Shown piece after piece: positions 26,669 to 35,099 of a DNA stretch of 51,569 nt. Made by a program: the position numbers and the translations under genes. Location: positions 1-51,569 of the forward strand of contig CAZCPB010000002.1 in the NCBI GenBank assembly GCA_964500365.1, in the 5' to 3' direction. Under the pieces are notes generated by a model, which searched no databases, had not been told where the DNA came from, and saw nothing but the letters and a program-made list of their open reading frames with translations. Each line of letters opens with the position of its first letter. Position 1 is the first letter of the stretch. This DNA comes from an uncultured Phycisphaeraceae bacterium. Its GTDB lineage: Bacteria > Planctomycetota > Phycisphaerae > Phycisphaerales > UBA1924.

Positions 26669-26768
26669 CGTAATTCATGGATATACAAGTACTTGACGAG
26701 ATTCCGGACCTTTGGTGGCAGCTTGCTGCATACGATGTATCGCAATATCCTAATGGAGGGGAAACTCC

Positions 26769-28634
26769 ATGCACACGCGCCGGCGAATTCACGATCCATC
26801 GCGTTCGAACGGCGTCGCGGGATGGGCAGAGCGCCTGGAGCCGCGTCTACTGCTCTCGTTCGCCACAACAGATTACTACTACACGCCCTTTGGAGAGCAC
26901 ACGTGGAAGTACTCCGGGACGGAAAACGGAGTCGTGGCCACCGCGACCACCACCTCGACGGCCTGGATACCAGAGAGCGGCGTATACACCACGCGATACG
27001 ACACACAAGTTGTCAGCACTCCTTCACTTTCGCGCACGAACTCGATCTATGAGACGGTGACGTCGTTCGGGGTTCAAAGGTACCGCGCCGACACGACGCT
27101 TCAGGGAACAACGGCGGTCCTTCGTTTCGCTACTGGCGGAGTGCTCTTGCTGCCGTCGTTGCTGGACACTGGGCAGGTTCACACGTTCAGTTCGGCCTAC
27201 ACGGTTGGCGTGGAGGGGCAGCTTGGAACTGGACAAATCAGCAGTTCGATCACTGTTGGCGGAATAGAGACTGTGGTCACACCCGCTGGGGTTTACTCGG
27301 CGCTCAAGCTCACACAAGTAACCAGTGATACCGGACAGATCGACGGTGCCACTTTCACGGGGACGGCAACGCTATCGATTTGGCTCGCCAAGAATGTTGG
27401 CCCGGTGCGCATCGACTTGAGCCAGACCGCCAACTACTCCGATGGCAGCTCACTCGCGATCGTTTCAGATTTGAACTTGACTTCTTTCTCGAACGCCGCC
27501 CCAACGCTCGGTGCATTGAAGGCTTCTGCCGCGTCGATTGTCCGAGGCGAAGCACTAACTCTCACCGCCGAGAACGCCGCGGACAGCGACGGCTTGGTGT
27601 CGATGGCGGTTTTCTATCTCGATTCGAATCTCAACGGAGTAGCGGATGAGGATGAATTGCTCGGCGTGGACGCTGAACCGAACGACGGGCTCCAGCTTCA
27701 ATTGTCCGAGTCTCAGTCGCAGGCTCTTTCTGCGGGGACACTTCGCTTCCTTGCCGTCGTCATAGACAACAACGGCTCCGTGTCCAACCCGCGTCCGAGA
27801 TTCGTGACTGTCAAATCGCTTTCGCCGGCCGAGTTTCTGCAGGAGTACCTGGAGGCTCCAAAGTCTGCTTCCGGGCTGGTGGACGGTGACTGGATCGAAG
27901 GACGCTTACTCGCAAACCTGACCAACGTCGTCACCTCCGACGCGTACTGGGGGGCTCGCAATCATTGGTTCCAGGTCGAGAACGGCGACCTCTGGGCACT
28001 CTGGAACGGCGGCTACGAGCACGACAGCAAGACGCTCCCCGGTCAGCACGAGTGGGTCCTGACCAACCTCACCGACGCGGCCGGCTTGTCGGGAACCATG
28101 CAGCTTGAGCCAGGATCGCTTTCGGGAATCACCACCGGCTGGAATGCCTTCAGCGTCCAAGGGATACAGGACGGTGTGCTCCAGGCCCTCTGGTGGTCAC
28201 CCGAAGGCAGCGGAGGCACATACCTCGACATCGACGGCAAACTCAGGCAGGGCAAGGCCTGGGGACTTCGCGGCAACGGCTGGATTCTGACCAGCCTGGC
28301 CGGATCACTCACCAACATCGGCGGCGCGGCCTCAACTCCTCCCGCCGCGTTCCTTCCGTTCACCGAAAGCCAAGGCAACGGCCGCACCGAGTTTGATCCC
28401 AGGCCAACCGCCTTCGTCTCAAACTACGGCATGTCTGTAGTCGTCGTTGACGTGAACCATCGGGTCTACCTCGTCACCTTCAGCATCTCCCAGCGCGCCA
28501 TCGCCGGGGCTCGCCCGGACCTCAACCAGCTCTGGGTCTTGGAACCACTGCGCGAGGGACCTTCGCTTCTTGACTTCGGGCTGACCAATCAGCTCGACAG
28601 CATGGAAGCCCAGTACATCGACGCAGCGACGTGA
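26769..28634 (+). CDS. hypothetical secreted repeat protein with an N-terminal 'LEPRLLLS' motif
   Basis: 621-aa ORF in a visibly lower-GC stretch. N-terminus 'RRRIHDPSRSNGVAGWAERLEPRLLLSF'. A dockerin/EF-hand-like loop 'DSNLNGVADEDE' sits in the middle. The C-terminal half has recurring W-[IV]-L-[TA]-[NS]-L motifs. Confidence 0.65.
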   Translation: MHTRRRIHDPSRSNGVAGWAERLEPRLLLSFATTDYYYTPFGEHTWKYSGTENGVVATATTTSTAWIPESGVYTTRYDTQVVSTPSLSRTNSIYETVTSFGVQRYRADTTLQGTTAVLRFATGGVLLLPSLLDTGQVHTFSSAYTVGVEGQLGTGQISSSITVGGIETVVTPAGVYSALKLTQVTSDTGQIDGATFTGTATLSIWLAKNVGPVRIDLSQTANYSDGSSLAIVSDLNLTSFSNAAPTLGALKASAASIVRGEALTLTAENAADSDGLVSMAVFYLDSNLNGVADEDELLGVDAEPNDGLQLQLSESQSQALSAGTLRFLAVVIDNNGSVSNPRPRFVTVKSLSPAEFLQEYLEAPKSASGLVDGDWIEGRLLANLTNVVTSDAYWGARNHWFQVENGDLWALWNGGYEHDSKTLPGQHEWVLTNLTDAAGLSGTMQLEPGSLSGITTGWNAFSVQGIQDGVLQALWWSPEGSGGTYLDIDGKLRQGKAWGLRGNGWILTSLAGSLTNIGGAASTPPAAFLPFTESQGNGRTEFDPRPTAFVSNYGMSVVVVDVNHRVYLVTFSISQRAIAGARPDLNQLWVLEPLREGPSLLDFGLTNQLDSMEAQYIDAAT

Positions 28635-28656
28635 CGGACAAGCTTCAACGGGCCAA

Positions 28657-29013
28657 TCACGGCCCCCGGATCGAATCAATCGGGAACGCCGGACGCGCAA
28701 TCGGCCGCAGCGCCAGCCCCAGGAGCGCCAGCTCGTGGTCGTCCCCCGCGATGCGGTTCGTGCGTAGCACCCCGCACCCCGAGCAGCGGTGGATGATCGC
28801 CCACTCCCCATCGCGGCGGACCTCGATCCCGATCGGTTCCATCGCGCCGCGGCAGGCGCACGCCCGGTCCCCCGGCTCCTCGTCCAGGTGACGCGACCAC
28901 AGGCACCGCGGGCAGTGGTTGCGGTGGCTGGTCCCCCACGACACGCCGTTGACCGCCGACTTGCAGCGGATGCACGTGAATGCCCCGTCGTCGGGGCGTG
29001 ATTTGTGAGACAT
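28657..29013 (-). CDS. RNHCP domain protein (Cys-rich, probable zinc-binding)
   Basis: 'FTCIRCKS...SHRNHCPRCLWSRHLD...CACRG...HRCSGCG'. The ATG at 29013 (MSHKSRPDDG) is preferred over the longer track ORF. Confidence 0.7.
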   Translation of the reverse strand: MSHKSRPDDGAFTCIRCKSAVNGVSWGTSHRNHCPRCLWSRHLDEEPGDRACACRGAMEPIGIEVRRDGEWAIIHRCSGCGVLRTNRIAGDDHELALLGLALRPIARPAFPIDSIRGP

Positions 29014-29316
29014 TGGAAAGCGGATCTCGCGGCCCGCGCCGCGGCACATCGCCGGCCGAGCGGGCAGGTCTCGGAAGCGTTCGAAGACGTTGAAGTCAGA
29101 AGCAAGGGAGCGGCGAGATCGGACGACCACACCCCCGGCGCTTCCCGGCGCCGGGTATCGGCCTCGTCAGTTCACGCGCGATCGCGCGTACGGGGCCGCG
29201 GGTCGTCCTGTCAGACAGTGGCTGCCATAAGACACGCTCCGGTCAGAGCATAGGCTGGCAATCCCCGCGGGCTCCATTCCAACACCGCGTCGGTCGCTTC
29301 GGACGGAGCCCCGTCC

Positions 29317-29769
29317 CTACCCGGCTCTCCCGACGATCGCCTCGACCCGCATCATCGTCCCCTGCATCACGAGCACGGGCTTCCAGGCCCCGCCGTTCTC
29401 GGCGACGACCTCGGCGCGCGTCACCACGAGCGTCCGCCCTGCCCTCACCACGCTCCCGGTCGCGACAAACCGCTCCCCCACCGCCGGCGCCAGCAGGTTC
29501 ACCTTGAACTCGACGCTCAGCACCGCCGCGCCCTCCGGCATCGTCGTCAGCGCCGCGTACCCGCTCGCGCTGTCGGCGATCGCGGTGACCGCCGCGGCGT
29601 GCAGAAAGCCGTGCTGCTGCGTCAGGTCCTCGCGAAAGGGGAGTTCGATCTCGACGTGCCCCGCCCGGACGGCCGTCAGCCGCGCCCCGAGCAGGCTCAT
29701 CAGCCGCTGGCGATCGAAGCTCGCCGCGACCCGAGCGAACGCTCCCGAAGTTCCTGCCGGATCACGCAT
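29317..29769 (-). CDS. PaaI-family hotdog-fold thioesterase
   Basis: The C-terminal 150 codons of the 1050-aa track ORF read 'LLGARLTAVRAGHVEIELPFREDLTQQHGFLHAAAVTAIADSASGYAA...VEFKVNLLAPA...GRTLVVTRAEV'. ATG at 29769. Confidence 0.8.
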   Translation of the reverse strand: MRDPAGTSGAFARVAASFDRQRLMSLLGARLTAVRAGHVEIELPFREDLTQQHGFLHAAAVTAIADSASGYAALTTMPEGAAVLSVEFKVNLLAPAVGERFVATGSVVRAGRTLVVTRAEVVAENGGAWKPVLVMQGTMMRVEAIVGRAG

Positions 29770-29955
29770 CGTCTTCACAGCGTACCCGCGATTCTTCCGG
29801 TGCTCGGCGGCCCGCCCCGGACCCGCCTGACCAGGGGCGGGCGTAGAGCCTCGCACGATCTTCAAGAACGGCGCGAACGGAACACGCGTCGCGCTGAACT
29901 TCGCCCACGCTCCGCCACTCGCATTGCCCCTGGATTTCAAGTACACTCCGCCCTC

Positions 29956-30534
29956 ATGCAGGGGGATCCTGACAAAGATCCGGGCACGATCACGTCCCTC
30001 CTCCGCCTCATCGACGCCGGCAGCCGCGAGGCCCTGGAACAGCTGTTCGTCCTCATCGAGCCCGACCTCCGCCGCTACGCGCAGCGCATCCTCTGCGGGC
30101 GCGCCTCGCGCGATACCTCCGGCACCGAGCTCGTCAGCCAGGCGTTCGTTCGCCTGCTCGACGGCCGCGAACTGAACGCCCAGAACCGGGGGCACCTCTT
30201 CTTCAAGTTCGGTCGCGCCATGCGCGATTCCCTCGTCGATGAGGCGAGGCGCAACGGCGCGGCCAAGCGCGGCGGAAACGTGCCGCACGAGACAATCGTC
30301 GACTTCACGGTCGACGACCGCACCATGCAGTTCAACGTCCTCGCGCTCCGCGAGGCCCTCGCGGCCCTCGAAAAGGTCGATCCCGCGGGGGCCGAGGTCG
30401 TCCAGCTCCGCTTCTTTCTCGACCTGACGCTCGAAGAGACCGCCAAGGCCCTGCAGGTCAGCGTCGGCAAGGTCCGCGACGACTGGAACTACGCCTCGGC
30501 CTGGCTCAAGGACTATCTGCAAAGACACCACTGA
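29956..30534 (+). CDS. ECF-type RNA polymerase sigma factor (kinase-associated ECF group)
   Basis: 'ITSLLRLIDAGSREALEQLFVLIEPDLRRYAQRIL' (region 2) and 'VVQLRFFLDLTLEETAKALQVSVGKVRDDWNYASAWL' (region 4 HTH). A Ser/Thr kinase gene lies directly downstream. Confidence 0.85.
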   Translation: MQGDPDKDPGTITSLLRLIDAGSREALEQLFVLIEPDLRRYAQRILCGRASRDTSGTELVSQAFVRLLDGRELNAQNRGHLFFKFGRAMRDSLVDEARRNGAAKRGGNVPHETIVDFTVDDRTMQFNVLALREALAALEKVDPAGAEVVQLRFFLDLTLEETAKALQVSVGKVRDDWNYASAWLKDYLQRHH

Positions 30535-30618
30535 GTTTTCGCGCCGGCGGCAGGATTCGGCGCACTTGGAAGCACGCTTTGCGGCTTTTGATGAGGGGAG
30601 ACCGGGGAGCACCCGATC

Positions 30619-32856
30619 GTGGCGGGGGAATGGAACGAAAAGCAAGTCTTCCTTCAAGCGCTCGCCCTGCCTGAGGGCGAGCGTCCCGCCTTTTTGGACC
30701 GGACCTGCCCCGACGAGGAGTCGCGCGGGCGCATCGAGGCGCTCCTTCGCCATCACGCCGAAACCACGGCCGCATCCACGGGCGGAACGCGGTCGGACAT
30801 CGGCAGCAAGCCCCCCATCCCGGATCGGATTGACGAGTTCAAGATTCTCCGTGTCCTCGGCGAAGGTGGCATGGGTGTGGTGTACCTCGCCGAGGACACC
30901 GTTCTCGGCCGCAAGGTGGCCCTGAAGGTCCTCGCCCGCCACCTGCTCGGCTCCGAAGCCGCCATCGGCCGCTTCCGCGACGAGGCCCGCGCCGCCGCCG
31001 CGCTCAAACACCCCGGCGTTGTCCCCGTCTACACCTTCCGCCAGGACGGCCAGGACCGCTACCTCATCTGCGAGTACGTGGACGGCCCGACGCTCCGCGA
31101 GTTCATCGCCCAGGAGAAGTCGCGCCGCGCCGGCGACCCCGGCACGCGCAACGCCCGCGAGTGGCACCGACAATGCGCCGAGATCGTCGCCTCGGTCGCC
31201 GAAGCGCTTGAAGCCTGCCACCGCGCCAACCTCGTCCACCGCGACGTCAAGCCCTCGAACATCCTCCTCGACCCGCAGTCCGGCCCGCGCCTCACCGACT
31301 TCGGCATCGCCAAGCACCTCGCACCCGGCGCCAACACCTACCACACCTCGCTCATCGGCAGCTACCACTACATGAGCCCCGAGCAGGCCGCGGCGTCCAA
31401 GGCCGGAGTCGATCACCGCAGCGACATCTTTTCGCTCGGCGTCATCCTCTACGAGATGCTGACGACCCAGCGCCCCTTCGACGGGCCGGACCTGCAGCGC
31501 GTGCTGCACGCCGTGACCAGCGAGGAGCCGCGGAGGCTCGGCGCGATCGAGCCGCGCATTTCCGCCGACCTCGAGACCGTCTGCCACAAGGCCCTCGAAA
31601 AAGACCCGGCCCACCGCTACCAGTCCGCCGCCGTGTTTGCCGCCGAGCTCCGCAACGTGATCGCCGGCCGCCCCATCCTGGCCAGGCCCCCGGGCCTCGC
31701 ACGCAAGGCGCGCCGCTGGGCCGGCGCGCACCGCGCCGCGGTGCTGGCTGCCACCGTCGTCATCCTGGGCGCGACGGTGCTCGGGCTCGGCGGGCTCACC
31801 GTGTCGATGCGGAACGCCCGCCTCGCGTGGTTCTCCGTCGAGTCCGACGAGCCGGGATGCACCGTCCTCATCCAGCCGATCGACGCCGCGACGCTCGAGG
31901 TGAGCCCCACGCCCACGCGCCTCGGCACGGCGCCCCTGCACCACGAGGGCGTCGAGCCGGGCGTCTACCGCGTCACCGTCGTCGCGAGTGATCCGGACGT
32001 CTTCGCCGAGTTCAACGCCGTCCTTCTGCGGCCCGGTCGTGAGAGAGCGACCGTGCTGCGCACCTCTCGCGCGCCGAAGTGGACCGGGGTCGGAGGGGGC
32101 CCCGCCCACTTCGGGCGCCTGATGCCGACCAGCCAGGCCACCGCGGACGGGATGGTGCTGGTCGAGGCGGGGGATTACGACGTGCGCCGCACGGGCGAGG
32201 CCAAGCGCCCGCCGGGGCTGCCCAAATTGACGCTGCCCGCGTTCTACATCGACAAGACCGAGGTCTCCAACCGCCGGTACAAGGAATTCGTGGACGCGAC
32301 GGGGCATCGGGCGCCGCCTCTGTGGGAGGACGGGCTGGACGACGAGATCCTGGACCGGCCCGTGGTGGGCGTGTCGCTGGAGGACGCCGAGGCGTACGCG
32401 CGCTGGCGCGGCAAGCGACTCCCGACATCCTTGGAATGGGAAGCCGCTGCGCGCGGCAAGGAAGGACATGTGTACCCATGGGGAAATGAGCCGCCCGAAG
32501 GCCGCATCGAGTACGACGCGACACCCAAGGACATCGAAGACGCGGTCTCGGTCGTCGATGCCCTGCGCAGCCGCGCGGCATACCGCCGCCGGATGAAGGA
32601 CGTCGCGGAACCTCCATCATCCCGCTCCGCGCTCGGGCTCTCAAATACGTTCGGCAACGCCGGCGAACTGACAGGCAGCATTCTTCGTGCCCCCGGATCG
32701 GGCGAATACGCGCTCATGATGAAGGGGAGAGACTGGTCGTTTCCGCCGGGCTCCTGCACGTTGCGGACGGATTTCACCCTCGCACTTTACTCCCTGCACG
32801 AGGACCGTGTTGGCTTCCGATGCGCGCGATCGGTTCGCGCGATCGACTCTGACTGA
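30619..32856 (+). CDS. Ser/Thr protein kinase with a C-terminal FGE-sulfatase (SUMF1-like) domain
   Basis: 'GEGGMGVVY', 'VALKVL', 'HRDVKPSNI', 'DFGIA', 'YMSPEQ', and a TM helix ([21 protein letters not shown]). The C-terminal '[22 protein letters not shown]...[33 protein letters not shown]' matches the FGE-domain pattern. GTG start. Confidence 0.9.
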   Translation: MAGEWNEKQVFLQALALPEGERPAFLDRTCPDEESRGRIEALLRHHAETTAASTGGTRSDIGSKPPIPDRIDEFKILRVLGEGGMGVVYLAEDTVLGRKVALKVLARHLLGSEAAIGRFRDEARAAAALKHPGVVPVYTFRQDGQDRYLICEYVDGPTLREFIAQEKSRRAGDPGTRNAREWHRQCAEIVASVAEALEACHRANLVHRDVKPSNILLDPQSGPRLTDFGIAKHLAPGANTYHTSLIGSYHYMSPEQAAASKAGVDHRSDIFSLGVILYEMLTTQRPFDGPDLQRVLHAVTSEEPRRLGAIEPRISADLETVCHKALEKDPAHRYQSAAVFAAELRNVIAGRPILARPPGLARKARRWAGAHRAAVLAATVVILGATVLGLGGLTVSMRNARLAWFSVESDEPGCTVLIQPIDAATLEVSPTPTRLGTAPLHHEGVEPGVYRVTVVASDPDVFAEFNAVLLRPGRERATVLRTSRAPKWTGVGGGPAHFGRLMPTSQATADGMVLVEAGDYDVRRTGEAKRPPGLPKLTLPAFYIDKTEVSNRRYKEFVDATGHRAPPLWEDGLDDEILDRPVVGVSLEDAEAYARWRGKRLPTSLEWEAAARGKEGHVYPWGNEPPEGRIEYDATPKDIEDAVSVVDALRSRAAYRRRMKDVAEPPSSRSALGLSNTFGNAGELTGSILRAPGSGEYALMMKGRDWSFPPGSCTLRTDFTLALYSLHEDRVGFRCARSVRAIDSD

Positions 32857-32887
32857 TCTGAAACACGTCGACGAAGGAGATCTGCTG

Positions 32888-33490
32888 ATGCCCGCCCTCA
32901 CTGCAAAGTGTCTCGGAATGCTCACAGCCGGGGGACTGATCGCCTCCGCACTCGTCGCCGCTCCGCTCGCTGTTCCCGCGGCACACGCTTTCACGTCTCA
33001 GGCACAGCGCGCAGACGCCCGGGGTGTGTACAGGCTCATCTCAGTCGACTTCGCGGCGATGCCGGTCACTTCGGGCGTCCCCTCGAGCTTTCCCACGCCC
33101 GACGAGTTCGAGCGTGGCATCAATGACCACATGAACGGCATCGGCGGGGTTTCGACCTGGATCGCCTCCGCGATGAACTCCCCGTACGAACCCGGCACCA
33201 GCGCCAAGGCTGCCGGGGATCAGATTTGGACGAGATTGACCGACGCATCCGCCGGCCTCATGAAATCGCTCTCTGACGAACGAGGCTCTCCCGTGATCTC
33301 GCCGAAGGCCGCGTACGCGATCAATGAGATCACCGGCCAGCACATCAAGGTGGGTTGGCTGATGGTTGCCGCGGAGAGCGCCCCGGCCCCGTACAAAGTC
33401 ACGCTCATGTTGAAGAATGAGCACGGCGCGCCGTACTGGAGCGGCGAGGTGTATGTGTCGGTTTCGGTCCGGGTCGGCTCGTCGAAATGA
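32888..33490 (+). CDS. hypothetical secreted protein
   Basis: AAGGAG upstream of the ATG at 32888. Sec-type signal MPALTAKCLGMLTAGGLIASALVAAPLAVPAAHA. I recognise no family. Confidence 0.6.
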   Translation: MPALTAKCLGMLTAGGLIASALVAAPLAVPAAHAFTSQAQRADARGVYRLISVDFAAMPVTSGVPSSFPTPDEFERGINDHMNGIGGVSTWIASAMNSPYEPGTSAKAAGDQIWTRLTDASAGLMKSLSDERGSPVISPKAAYAINEITGQHIKVGWLMVAAESAPAPYKVTLMLKNEHGAPYWSGEVYVSVSVRVGSSK

Positions 33491-33517
33491 GTTCCACGCG
33501 ATCGCCGGAGGTGCAAG

Positions 33518-35092
33518 GTGAACACCCGCACTACACGCAGGGGCGCGCTGAAGGCCGCGGCCGGCGCCGGCACGGCGGCGTTGCTCCTGGGGCTGTCGGA
33601 ACGACCTTCTCCGTCCAGCGCCGGTCGAGGTTGGCCCGCCCGTGTTCGCTTCGACGTCGATTCACCGCCGGGCGGTGAAATGCTCGACATTCTCGAGTTC
33701 GCCGTCATGACCATGAAGAACGCCGCTCCGGCGCCCCACCTGGAATGGGAATTCTGGGCGCGAATGCACGGGAGCGACCATCAGAACACCCTTCCCTTCG
33801 GGCAGTGCATCCACGAAAGCTGGTGGTTCCTCCCCTGGCATCGCGCGTTCCTCGTGTACTTTGAAAGAGCGGTCCGGCAAGTCTCGGGCAAGCCCGAATT
33901 CACGCTCCCATATTGGCGCTGGGACTCGGACAGCGCCGGCCAGCTGCCCGCCCGATTCTGTCAACAGGGCAGCGGCTTGAGAATCGATCGCAACGTGGGT
34001 GGCATCGACCTGAATTCGGGTGATTTTCAGATCCCTTCCTTTGCCATTGATGTCCGGCGCATCCTGGACGACGTGCGTGATTTCTCCGCCTCAGAAACGA
34101 CGGAGGGCTTCGGCGGCAGACCGCACCCCGTGCGAAGCGCAGGCCGGCTCGAAGGAGGCCCGCACGACGGAATCCACGGTTGCGTGCTCGGTCCGATGCA
34201 GGCGACTCTGACCGCGGCGGAGGATCCGATCTTCTGGCTGCACCATTGCAACATTGATCGCCTCTGGGATGAATGGCTGCTCGCCGGAAACGACAACCCC
34301 CCCGACGATTCGCCATGGATGCAGAGTCTTCGAGTCGACCACCTGGGCAATCCCGGACTGGGAAAGTTCCCGAACGGCAACGGAGACCTCGAGGACGTGA
34401 CGACAGCGCAGGTCGTCACGCCGGGCGACCACTACGACTACACCTACGACTCGATCCCCGATTCCGGCGTGGCCTTGCTGTTCGACCGGACCACCTCCGA
34501 CGCCGCAAGAATGGCCAGGGTCGAACGCCCGCCGCGGCGGGAACCTGAACTCATCCGCGCAACCCGCTCCGCGCTGTTCGCCAACGGCAAGGTCCTGACG
34601 TTGGGAGTAGCTCCCGTAGCAAACCTGAGAATCGACGCCGGCCCCGTCCGCGTCCCCCTCCGCCCGCCTCCCGGAACCAAGCCGTCCGCCCTCGATCAGG
34701 CCGTCGAGGTCGTGAGCAAAGGCGGAGGTGTGCCCACGGCGATACAGATCATCGTGAACGACGTGTCCGTCAGCACGCCGCCCGGCGTTGTACTCCGTGT
34801 CTTCCTGAACCAGCCCGACGCGAGCGCCTCGACAGACCCCGGTGCATCGAACTACATCGGGTTCATCCCTGTCTTCCTTCGTTCACCGCATCACCACGAC
34901 GAAGACAACGCGGCCAAGCGAGCCGGGGCGCACCGCTTCGACGTCACGAGGACCGTTCAGCGGCTCGCTCAGTCGGGGAGGCTGAACATCGAGCAGATGG
35001 AGCTTTCGATCGTGCCCGTCGGCCCCGGCAGGACGAAGCCGGACGTGCCGATTCAACTCGGATCGATCGAAATGCGGATCGTCCAGCAATAA
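33518..35092 (+). CDS. Tat-exported tyrosinase/polyphenol oxidase (type-3 copper) with a C-terminal extension
   Basis: Tat signal 'TRRGALKAAAGAGTAALLLG'. CuA region 'HGSDH...GQCIHESWWFLPWHRAFLVYFE...LPYWRWD'. CuB region 'HDGIHG...DPIFWLHHCNIDRLWDEW'. About 230 further residues follow the core. GGAGG lies 6 nt upstream of the GTG start. Confidence 0.85.
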   Translation: MNTRTTRRGALKAAAGAGTAALLLGLSERPSPSSAGRGWPARVRFDVDSPPGGEMLDILEFAVMTMKNAAPAPHLEWEFWARMHGSDHQNTLPFGQCIHESWWFLPWHRAFLVYFERAVRQVSGKPEFTLPYWRWDSDSAGQLPARFCQQGSGLRIDRNVGGIDLNSGDFQIPSFAIDVRRILDDVRDFSASETTEGFGGRPHPVRSAGRLEGGPHDGIHGCVLGPMQATLTAAEDPIFWLHHCNIDRLWDEWLLAGNDNPPDDSPWMQSLRVDHLGNPGLGKFPNGNGDLEDVTTAQVVTPGDHYDYTYDSIPDSGVALLFDRTTSDAARMARVERPPRREPELIRATRSALFANGKVLTLGVAPVANLRIDAGPVRVPLRPPPGTKPSALDQAVEVVSKGGGVPTAIQIIVNDVSVSTPPGVVLRVFLNQPDASASTDPGASNYIGFIPVFLRSPHHHDEDNAAKRAGAHRFDVTRTVQRLAQSGRLNIEQMELSIVPVGPGRTKPDVPIQLGSIEMRIVQQ

Positions 35093-35099
35093 CCAGGCG

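Noticed and set aside
29770-32469. 1050-aa ORF on the minus strand (29317..32469)
   Set aside because: Upstream of the PaaI thioesterase start it is antisense to the ECF sigma and Ser/Thr kinase genes, both of which have unambiguous catalytic motifs. The translation is Gly/Arg/Ala/Val-rich with no motifs. This is a typical high-GC antisense open frame.
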